Source: a virus
DNA length: 64,000 nt
Strand: one strand, 5' to 3'
IMG/VR virus record: IMGVR_UViG_3300034200_001454
Span: 1 to 64,000 of that record
The notes under the pieces: generated by a model
The model's input: the letters and a program-made list of their open reading frames with translations, nothing else
Database searches by the model: none
Told to the model about the DNA's origin: nothing
Translations under genes and position numbers: made by a program
Shown: piece by piece, positions 16,995 to 24,623 of the stretch
How the letters are laid out: each line of letters begins with the position of its first letter
How positions within the stretch are numbered: position 1 is the first letter of the stretch

Positions 16995-17315
16995 CCTGCC
17001 GCCGTACGATCTGCTGCCCGTCGTGGCTTGGAACTACGCAAGAAACATGGGAAAGGAGGCTTGACGACGCAGGAAGCGGGCAAGCAGGGCATCGGAAGCG
17101 GCGTTGCTCGTGCAGGCGACTTAGCCGGTGGCAGTAAGATTAGTTTTGCCACAATCAAACGCATGTCTGCATTTTTCTCTCGCCATGAAAAGAATAAAAG
17201 TGGCGGCGAAGATGATGCCGGTTACATTGCTTGGCTTCTGTGGGGCGGCGATGCTGGTAGGGCATGGGCGAATCGCATTATTAAGATGGTGGAAAGTCGC
17301 AAGAAAGACTCATGA
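16962..17315 (+). CDS. conserved phage head-associated domain (AWLLWGGD type), -1 frame extension of the preceding gene
   Basis: open -1 frame ALRGDAESFAPPAAVRSAARRGLELRK...IAWLLWGGDAGRAWA; no ATG, GTG or TTG before 17028. Confidence 0.75.
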   Translation, partial: ALRGDAESFAPPAAVRSAARRGLELRKKHGKGGLTTQEAGKQGIGSGVARAGDLAGGSKISFATIKRMSAFFSRHEKNKSGGEDDAGYIAWLLWGGDAGRAWANRIIKMVESRKKDS

Positions 17316-17623
17316 GCGAATACGTACGTGTCATCGAGGAAGAGGATGAAGGTATTGGCGTAATGAAGGCTCTGGCTATTTTGTCGGCGCACGAACATCG
17401 CAATACTTCCCTCTGGCGACTTGTTGAGCAGCAGCATTTCAAGAATGGCCGCTTAGAGGAAACGCATATTTTCGTGGAGAATCACTACGAAAAGCCAGAT
17501 GAGCATTTTACGCCCATCAAAATGCTTGTCTTTGAGGCTGAAGCCATTGCGAAATCCTACGTGATGAGCGGCATCGAAGACCAGCTTCTCGACTTGCAGG
17601 ACGATGATGATGACGAGGATTGA
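17312..17623 (+). CDS. hypothetical acidic protein
   Basis: ATGA overlap; 103 aa. Confidence 0.7.
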   Translation: MSEYVRVIEEEDEGIGVMKALAILSAHEHRNTSLWRLVEQQHFKNGRLEETHIFVENHYEKPDEHFTPIKMLVFEAEAIAKSYVMSGIEDQLLDLQDDDDDED

Positions 17624-17660
17624 TTATTTGTTTTCCTGATAAATGCCTGTTATCAAGAAT

Positions 17661-17939
17661 TCAACTAATCTTTGCAATAAACGATGGGTAGCCCATTAAC
17701 CACAGCACGCTAATTCCATAGAGACCACTAAGCGTGCGAATTTGCACGCAATCTGGCGGGGCAGTTCCTTTTTCAATGCGGCAATAGGAACTTTGGCTAA
17801 TGTGCAGCTCTTTTGCCACGTCATGTTGAGTGAGCCCGGCATTAAGCCGGGCTTCTTTAATGCGACTTGCAATAAGAATACGTGCTTCCTGGTGGGGAAG
17901 TTTAAGAGCGTCTGTCGTGCTACGTGCCAAGAACATCAC
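17661..17939 (-). CDS. XRE-family HTH transcriptional regulator
   Basis: RIKEARLNAGLTQHDVAKELHISQSSYCRIEKG. Confidence 0.92.
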   Translation of the reverse strand: MMFLARSTTDALKLPHQEARILIASRIKEARLNAGLTQHDVAKELHISQSSYCRIEKGTAPPDCVQIRTLSGLYGISVLWLMGYPSFIAKIS

Positions 17940-18004
17940 AAGAATTTATTCCGTTTTGCATAAGCTCATAAAGTATAACATTTGCTTCTTGATAAAGTAT
18001 GAAT

Positions 18005-19198
18005 ATGAGCACCATTTCCTGCCGATACGATTTCTCTCCTATTGAGAAATACGAACTCACGCCGGAAGGTTATCTTCGGGCATGGGCTTCTATCGCACGC
18101 ACTGGCATCCAACACTACACAGATAGTGATGGTTCCATTCGTCGCGAATATCGTCCTGAAACAGAAGTGGCGTCTCCCGATAGTCTTGCTTCGTTTGCGG
18201 GCAAGGCCATCACTTCAGAACATCCGCCTGTGCTTCTCGATTCCGAGAATACTAAAGACTATCAAGTGGGCTTTAGTGGCACTGAAGTGGTGTACGACAA
18301 TGGTTTCGTCAAAGCAGTGATGACCATCACTGACGAAGACACCATCAAGCGCATCATGAAAGGCGATGCTCGTGAGGTAAGCGCGGGCTATAGGGTGAAT
18401 TATGATCCTACGCCTGGCGTTACAGAAAACGGCGAACATTACGATGGCGTCCAAAAGGAAATCATCGGCAATCACATCGCTGTTGTCCGCCGGGGCCGCG
18501 CCGGCCCGCAAGTGAAGCTCCATCTTGATAGGCAAGATGCTGCCGATCCATCTTTATTTAAAACAACTGAGGAACGTCTTATGACTGCCAAAGTCGTATT
18601 CGACGGCGCCGAGTTCGAGGTGAGTGAGGGCGTTGCTCTTGCTATCACCAAAGAACGGGAAGATGGCCGTATGTCCTACGAGGACATGAAGAAAAAGTAC
18701 GACGAACTGCAAGCCTCCGCTGCTTCCATGAAAGAAGAAATGGATGCAATGGAAAAAGAAATGAAGGGCAAGTGCGATTCCGCTGAGGGTCGCGCTGATG
18801 CTCTGGCTGAGCAGATCGAAGAACTGAAGACCGAACTGGCTGCTGCTCAAGAAATCAACCTTGATTCCATGGTTGAAGAGCGTGTGGCTCTCATCGAGAA
18901 GGCCAAGCCTGTTCTCGATAGTGCCTATGCATTCGCTGGCAAAACTGCTCGCGAAGTGATGGTTGATTCCATCAAGGCAGTGCGTGGTGATGAGCTTGAT
19001 CTTTCTGAGAAGAGCGATGACTACGTGCAGGCAATGTTCGACACTCTCTCTGAGGGTCGTTCTGACTCTGCCACCACTGATGAGCTGCGTAAAGCCGTAG
19101 CTTCCATTGCTTCTCCTGTTTCTGCGCCCTCTGCCTACATGGACATGCTGCAGAATGCTTGGAAGAAGCCCCTTTCCATCTCCAAGGAGGCTAAGTAA
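18005..19198 (+). CDS. DUF2213 prohead protease/scaffold
   Basis: TPEGYL, IARTGIQ.Y, YRPETEV, T.EHP, EVSAGY, NHIAVV..GRAG; coiled-coil C-terminal half. Confidence 0.92.
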   Translation: MSTISCRYDFSPIEKYELTPEGYLRAWASIARTGIQHYTDSDGSIRREYRPETEVASPDSLASFAGKAITSEHPPVLLDSENTKDYQVGFSGTEVVYDNGFVKAVMTITDEDTIKRIMKGDAREVSAGYRVNYDPTPGVTENGEHYDGVQKEIIGNHIAVVRRGRAGPQVKLHLDRQDAADPSLFKTTEERLMTAKVVFDGAEFEVSEGVALAITKEREDGRMSYEDMKKKYDELQASAASMKEEMDAMEKEMKGKCDSAEGRADALAEQIEELKTELAAAQEINLDSMVEERVALIEKAKPVLDSAYAFAGKTAREVMVDSIKAVRGDELDLSEKSDDYVQAMFDTLSEGRSDSATTDELRKAVASIASPVSAPSAYMDMLQNAWKKPLSISKEAK

Positions 19199-19200
19199 TT

Positions 19201-19761
19201 ATGGCCGTAACTTTCTCTGCTTCGGGCACCGCCTCCGCTGGTGGCGTGCAACAGAGCTACGCTCTTGAGCACAATGCACTGCTGGAAGGTCAACTGTCTG
19301 ACATCCGCGACAACACCATTGGCACCTATGTCAATGAAACCGGCGCTGTGCTGCCTTTCGGCAATGTGGTTGTATACAACACCGCTGGCACCGCCGCTAA
19401 TTCTGCTGCTACCATTTCTGGCGCTTCTGACACTGTTCAAGGCGTGAACGTTCTCACCTACGTTGACGAAACTGCCCTTGATTCCAACAGCCGTCCTGGC
19501 GTGAAGAATCAGCAAGTGCTGAACGTTGCCAATGAGGGTGCAGTCGCCGTTTATGTGACTGGCGCCGTTTCGCCCACTTCGCCTGTTCGTGTGCTGTATT
19601 CCGCTAGCGGCACTGGCAAGGCTGGTCAATTCTCTCATGCTTTTGCCTCTGGCAAAACCGTTCGCCTTGCAGGCGCTCGTTTCCTGACTTCGACTACTGG
19701 CAGCGGTCTTGCAATTCTGGAGCTGAATGGCCCCAGCTTTACTCTTTCCGCTGATTCTTGA
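19201..19761 (+). CDS. capsid cement/decoration protein
   Basis: between scaffold and MCP; LPFGNVV, EGAVAV, GARF. Confidence 0.8.
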   Translation: MAVTFSASGTASAGGVQQSYALEHNALLEGQLSDIRDNTIGTYVNETGAVLPFGNVVVYNTAGTAANSAATISGASDTVQGVNVLTYVDETALDSNSRPGVKNQQVLNVANEGAVAVYVTGAVSPTSPVRVLYSASGTGKAGQFSHAFASGKTVRLAGARFLTSTTGSGLAILELNGPSFTLSADS

Positions 19762-19776
19762 TAGGAGGCCCTAACA

Positions 19777-20685
19777 ATGTCTGAATTCCGTATGGATGAC
19801 GCGGGTCTGTTCCTTGAGCGTCAGCTTGAGTACATCCGCCCCCAAGTGTTTGAAGTGCAGTATGCGGATATTAAATATCCGACCATTCTGCCTGTTACTA
19901 GCGAAGCTGGTCCCGGTGCCCAGACCTTCACCTATCGCATCATGGACTCCACTGGTGAGTTCAAGCTGATTGCTGATGCTGCTGATGATCTGCCTCGTGC
20001 CGACATCAGCCAAGTCGAGAAGAGCATCAACATCCGCTCTTTCGGTGGTTCTTTCGGTTATACCGTACAAGAACTGCGTGCTGCTCAAATGGCCAACATC
20101 GCTCTGGAGCAGCGTCGTGCTGCTGCTGTGCGCCGTGCCTATGAGGAGAAAGTGGAAGAAGTGGCTCTGTTCGGTGAGAGCACCGTGGGCCTGTCTGGTT
20201 TCTTCAACAACTCCACCGTGGATGTTGTTGCTGCTGATAAGTGGTTCACCGGTAGCGGCACCACTGCTCAGGAAATGCTTGAGCTGCTGAACTATGGCGT
20301 GACTGCCATTATCAATGGTTCCAAGATGAAGGAGCAGCCCGACACCATCCTCATGTCCTATGAGGACTATAACAAGGTGAGCACCACTCGCAACTCCGAC
20401 TCTTCGGACGTGACCGTGCTGGAATACTTCCTGCGCACCAACCCCTACATCCGTAACGTTGAGCCTATCAACCAACTGGATGCCGATAACAGCGTGCTGA
20501 ATACCAACCGCATGGTTGTGTACAAGCGTGATCCCGAGAAAGTGCAACTGCACATTCCTCAGCCGCTGGAACTCTTCCCGCCCCAACAGCGCGGCCTTGA
20601 GTTCATTGTTCCCGCTCATGCTCGTGTGGGTGGCGTGGCTCTGTACTATCCCAAGAGCGTTATCTACGTTCAAGCTTCTGCCTGA
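19777..20685 (+). CDS. major capsid protein (DUF2184, encapsulin-like HK97 fold)
   Basis: FLERQLEYI, DDLPRAD, YTVQELRAAQ, RVGGVALYYP; strongly biased codon usage. Confidence 0.93.
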   Translation: MSEFRMDDAGLFLERQLEYIRPQVFEVQYADIKYPTILPVTSEAGPGAQTFTYRIMDSTGEFKLIADAADDLPRADISQVEKSINIRSFGGSFGYTVQELRAAQMANIALEQRRAAAVRRAYEEKVEEVALFGESTVGLSGFFNNSTVDVVAADKWFTGSGTTAQEMLELLNYGVTAIINGSKMKEQPDTILMSYEDYNKVSTTRNSDSSDVTVLEYFLRTNPYIRNVEPINQLDADNSVLNTNRMVVYKRDPEKVQLHIPQPLELFPPQQRGLEFIVPAHARVGGVALYYPKSVIYVQASA

Positions 20686-20740
20686 GGATAGTTAATCAAG
20701 AGAAGGGCGTTAAGCTATGGACAATTGTTTCTTTTGAACA

Positions 20741-21127
20741 ATGCTCATTGCTTATCGCCCCGAACTTGAGAACCCGCCCCGTGAAGGCGGGTTTGGCATT
20801 ATTACGCAAACAGGCTTGATTCAGCTCACGCCTGGTCTTAATCAAGATATTCCAGAGCATCAATGGAAAGTGGCCCGCGAAAATAAGGCAGTCAAACGTC
20901 TTATGAACATTGGGGCCATCGAAGAAGTGCGTGAACAGATCATGGTGGAAGACATTCCTCAAGATGTGCAAACGCTTTCTCAAATGCCATTGGTTGAAGC
21001 TATCCGCATGATTGAACTCATTCATGACCCGGATCAGTTGAATGGCTGGAAGAAAATTGAAGGCCGTGTGCGCGTACGTAATGCCATTAATAAGCGCATT
21101 GAAAACATTCGCATTGGGAAGGCCTGA
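20741..21127 (+). CDS. hypothetical virion-associated protein
   Basis: follows the MCP; LTPGLN motif; own -10 box. Confidence 0.7.
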   Translation: MLIAYRPELENPPREGGFGIITQTGLIQLTPGLNQDIPEHQWKVARENKAVKRLMNIGAIEEVREQIMVEDIPQDVQTLSQMPLVEAIRMIELIHDPDQLNGWKKIEGRVRVRNAINKRIENIRIGKA

Positions 21128-21129
21128 TT

Positions 21130-21441
21130 ATGGCCGTCACTTATGCGAGTTTTCTTGAGCGCTTCCCTGAATTCACTCCTCATCCATCGGGCATTGTAAA
21201 CGGCGCCATTTCTGAAGCCACTTACGATGCCTCTGCAGATGTATTTGGAGAGCAAACTGATAGGGCGGTTAAGTTTCTTGCTGCTCATATCATTGCCATT
21301 CAACTTGCGCAGATGGGCATTCAAATTGGTGCCACTGATGGCAAGGTTTATGGTGAGGGGCTAGATGCCACTCAATATGGTCAAGAGTTCAAGCGTATGC
21401 TGAATCTTCTTCCTTCCTCTTCTGTTGGTTTCGTTGTATGA
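21130..21441 (+). CDS. DUF4054-like head-tail adaptor
   Basis: F..RFPEF, LAAHI, TQYGQEF. Confidence 0.85.
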   Translation: MAVTYASFLERFPEFTPHPSGIVNGAISEATYDASADVFGEQTDRAVKFLAAHIIAIQLAQMGIQIGATDGKVYGEGLDATQYGQEFKRMLNLLPSSSVGFVV

Positions 21442-21827
21442 GCAATTTCCTGGAGCCACTTGCCAATTCCACGCTGGTATGGTCAGTGGCTTCGGGCTAT
21501 GCACTTGATAGCGAAACTGGCAATTACGTGGCCGTTGCAACTGGCGTTACTTACTACGCAACGTTGAGACAAAAGCGTAATCCTCAGTATGATTACTTGC
21601 TTGGCGCAGATCAGACGGCCGTTTACATGGAAGGTCGTCTCACTTCTCCACTTACGCTTTCTGGCGTAACGCCTGGTGATTCTGCGCGAGCAACAATCAA
21701 TGGAAGAGAAGGGCGTTTTGAACTGTTGCCAAACGAAGAAATTGCTATTCATTATTGGCAATTCTTGGGCACGCCAATTAGAGGAATTTTTAGACTAATT
21801 GGCAAAGGAAGCGTTGACAATGCTTGA
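21438..21827 (+). CDS. putative head-closure protein
   Basis: position after the adaptor; ATGA overlap. Confidence 0.6.
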   Translation: MSNFLEPLANSTLVWSVASGYALDSETGNYVAVATGVTYYATLRQKRNPQYDYLLGADQTAVYMEGRLTSPLTLSGVTPGDSARATINGREGRFELLPNEEIAIHYWQFLGTPIRGIFRLIGKGSVDNA

Positions 21828-21884
21828 TTAAATCAAGCCTTCGCCGCTTAATCATTCTTTTCTTCCATTGCTGAGGTTTTTCTC

Positions 21885-22463
21885 ATGCTCTACCATCCCA
21901 CTGAACTGGTGAAGAGCCAAGACGTGATTGTGCGCGTTGGCTCGATCAACGGCACTGCACGCCCTGTTATCACCCAGAGCGGCGCTACCTTCACTGTGAG
22001 CGGCGCCCCTACTCTCTACACCCTCCAAGCCGCTACGACGGCTTCTGTTGCCTTTAACGATGGCAACCAAGAATTCTATCTGCTTGGTGGCGGCGGTTTC
22101 GCTGATAGCGTTATCGTTACCAGTCAAGCCACTGCTTCTGTCACTTCCTACTTCCAGAAGGACGTTGATGGCACCACTTTCCTGCCCAATAGCTTTGACG
22201 AAGCGTTCCAAGTGATCAGCTCGGCTCGTTACGACAAGAACGCTGAAGTGTACGTGGAAATCAACAAGCAGCTTGGTGCTTCTGGTGCCACTTACTACTA
22301 TGATCGCGTGGCCTACGTGGGTCGCGTGATGAACTATAACGAGAGCTATCCTGCCGATAACCTCGTAGAATGCACCTTTGATCTGATTAGTCGTGGTCGC
22401 ATTGGCATTCACCAGAATGCTGAGAACACTGGCTCGCTCATCCCTTCGGCTCCCAATAGCTGA
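21885..22463 (+). CDS. major tail tube protein
   Basis: position, high-expression codon bias, ESYPADNLVECTFDLISRG, terminator downstream. Confidence 0.75.
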   Translation: MLYHPTELVKSQDVIVRVGSINGTARPVITQSGATFTVSGAPTLYTLQAATTASVAFNDGNQEFYLLGGGGFADSVIVTSQATASVTSYFQKDVDGTTFLPNSFDEAFQVISSARYDKNAEVYVEINKQLGASGATYYYDRVAYVGRVMNYNESYPADNLVECTFDLISRGRIGIHQNAENTGSLIPSAPNS

Positions 22464-22487
22464 TTCATCTTTCCATTGTTCTTTGCT

Positions 22488-22513
22488 AGCCTCTCCTTAC
22501 GGAGAGGCTTTTT
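22488..22513 (+). terminator. intrinsic terminator
   Basis: AGCCTCTCC-TTAC-GGAGAGGCT-TTTT. Confidence 0.88.
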
Positions 22514-22516
22514 ATT

Positions 22517-22927
22517 GTGAACATTACACAGCTTCGGGAAGTTGTCACTGAACTACTATCTGCATCACCCAATTTAATTGGCACCTATACGTTGCCAAAC
22601 AATTCAACTATTCCTGCTGTGTATGTAGTTGGAAGGCAAAGCGTTCCCAATGAGTGGAAAGTGAAGGGGCTAGAAGTGACAATGCGAGAGTTTCCTCAAT
22701 TGAATCCCCGCTCTCCATTGGGAGGCGCTGTGAAGGTAAACCAGATATGGGAAGTAGTGCTCACGCAGTTCACGCCTAATAGCGGCACGCTTGCCACTGC
22801 CATGGACAGGATGGTTAGACGTTTTCCCGATGCCACGCCACGATATTTTCCCGGAGACGATATTGCCTATGAGCGCTGTCGCTTCATGGTGCCCGATATG
22901 ATTCTGCGCAATCTGATAGCACCATGA
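22517..22927 (+). CDS. putative tail terminator/completion protein
   Basis: position and size. Confidence 0.55.
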   Translation: MNITQLREVVTELLSASPNLIGTYTLPNNSTIPAVYVVGRQSVPNEWKVKGLEVTMREFPQLNPRSPLGGAVKVNQIWEVVLTQFTPNSGTLATAMDRMVRRFPDATPRYFPGDDIAYERCRFMVPDMILRNLIAP

Positions 22928-23391
22928 GCGGAATTATTGTCGGCGGCTCGTTCAGCAATCCAAATAACTTAGCGGCAAAACTCGCGAAGGCTTTTGAGGA
23001 GTGGACAAGAGAGGACATTCAAAAAGAGTATTGGAATGAACAATTTAGAGATATGGACAGATGGCAGTATGGAGGAGAGACGCGCAGAAAAAATGGCGAT
23101 TTAATTAGCGAAGGTCGTCGCGATATTTATGATCTTGGTGCTCTCTATGAAAGCGGACTAGAAAATTTCAATGTAACCCTAGGCAGTTCTGCGATTGTTG
23201 CATCATGGACATGGGATGCGATCAACCCCAAGAATGGCTATCACTATGCAGTTGATGTGCATGAAGGACTGGGAACAAGCGCTGGTTATCCTCGACAATG
23301 GACAGACGAGCTTGCTTCGCCTGCATTGTTTGAAGGAAGCGACGTGCAGTTAGCATTGAAGCGCCGAATTAAATTTGCGTTTAGTGCATGA
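22924..23391 (+). CDS. putative tail completion protein (HK97 gp10-like)
   Basis: RDIYDLGAL..S, YAVDVHEG, PRQW. Confidence 0.6.
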   Translation: MSGIIVGGSFSNPNNLAAKLAKAFEEWTREDIQKEYWNEQFRDMDRWQYGGETRRKNGDLISEGRRDIYDLGALYESGLENFNVTLGSSAIVASWTWDAINPKNGYHYAVDVHEGLGTSAGYPRQWTDELASPALFEGSDVQLALKRRIKFAFSA

Positions 23392-23645
23392 ATATTGACT
23401 ATCTGTGGAGCGAAGACCGCTCTGTTCATGCCATTAATAATCAGCTTGACGGAGCGTCCATGGAGGTGGGCATCCTCTGTCTTATTTCTTGTCGAGACGA
23501 GACCATTAGAATAAGCAACGAAAATCATTCATTGCTTGTTGAAGTGCCTAAAGAATTTCGCTCTAGCAGTGAAAGGGTGAAGGTGTTCAACGCATTGTTA
23601 AACGTTCTTGATCATGAGCAAATACAGCTTCCTTCTGCAGACTAA
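23388..23645 (+). CDS. hypothetical protein
   Basis: ATGA overlap, 85 aa. Confidence 0.55.
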   Translation: MNIDYLWSEDRSVHAINNQLDGASMEVGILCLISCRDETIRISNENHSLLVEVPKEFRSSSERVKVFNALLNVLDHEQIQLPSAD

Positions 23646-24150
23646 AGCCGAAGATTATTTTGAGCTTCTTCCTGAAATTCGCATGAAGAAATATGGTGGC
23701 TGGCTTGTCGCTGAAGCAATTGAACAGGAAGAAATTAGTAAGTTGCAAAGCCAAGCTACTATTAGGGCTGTGCAACTGGCTAAGCGCATTGCCACTGCAA
23801 AGGACATTCCGCTGGACGAAGCTTTTAGTTTGCTTCAGGGAGGCGGTGGTTCCATTACTGAAGCTGAACTTCTCTCGGAATATACCGAGGAAACACTGAG
23901 CATGATCACCAGTGGCTCTTCAGTGGAGAGCACCAACGCCCGCATGGTTACTGCCTTTATTCGCTCTCGCGGTCAAGGTTTGATTGATGGCGAATGGCAA
24001 GATCTTGCGGACTGGGAATTGGATGATACTAAAAACCTTCCCCGTAAAGCCATTGCAAAAGTGGTTGAGTTTATTGCTGAAGAGCAAAATGCTGAGACGC
24101 AGGAGGCAATGGCAGCAAAAAAAGCGACGAAGAGGAATGGTCCTCAGTAG
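23614..24150 (+). CDS. tail assembly chaperone (gpG-like)
   Basis: upstream of the tape measure gene; slippery A_AAA_AAA at 24117-24123. Confidence 0.78.
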   Translation: MSKYSFLLQTKAEDYFELLPEIRMKKYGGWLVAEAIEQEEISKLQSQATIRAVQLAKRIATAKDIPLDEAFSLLQGGGGSITEAELLSEYTEETLSMITSGSSVESTNARMVTAFIRSRGQGLIDGEWQDLADWELDDTKNLPRKAIAKVVEFIAEEQNAETQEAMAAKKATKRNGPQ

Positions 24151-24590
24151 CAGAAATGCTGGAAGCGCGAGCGCGTAACCAGCTTAAAAATTTGACGGAT
24201 TGGAACGAAATCTATTTTCGGCTTTCGGCATCAGATTTTAATGACAGGCGATGGCATGCAGATCAATTTGGTTTGCAGCCATTGTCTGATATTAAGCGTG
24301 CGTTGAAATACCTTGATAAACATGACGTAGCAAAATATAATGTCCAGAGCGTTGCCATCGCCAAGCTTGGCACGATGGCGGCTGGCATGATGGCGGGACG
24401 CAAGTCCAAGGTAAAGCCAGAAGATTTCTTGCCATTTGATACCAAAGCAATTAAGAAAGATACAGGCGTTACGGATGCTAGTTTGATCGTCTTCCAGCGC
24501 TTAATGAAGACAAGGAAGATGGACGGAAGAGTTATTGCTTTACTGGCGGATGATTTGAAAGCTTTTGCTGGGCGTAATCAGGATCAATGA
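24123..24590 (+). CDS. tail assembly chaperone -1 frameshift extension (gpGT-like)
   Basis: -1 frame open from the slippery site (SDEEEWSSVAEMLEAR...) into ORF 24156..24590. Confidence 0.75.
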   Translation, partial: SDEEEWSSVAEMLEARARNQLKNLTDWNEIYFRLSASDFNDRRWHADQFGLQPLSDIKRALKYLDKHDVAKYNVQSVAIAKLGTMAAGMMAGRKSKVKPEDFLPFDTKAIKKDTGVTDASLIVFQRLMKTRKMDGRVIALLADDLKAFAGRNQDQ

Positions 24591-24623
24591 TTATAGAATG
24601 AAGACAATAACGAGCAGTTGAAG

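Noticed and set aside
19771-20673. Long antisense ORF opposite the capsid gene (also 21852..22412 and similar shadow ORFs)
   Set aside because: Explained by the strong codon bias of the sense genes; no motifs
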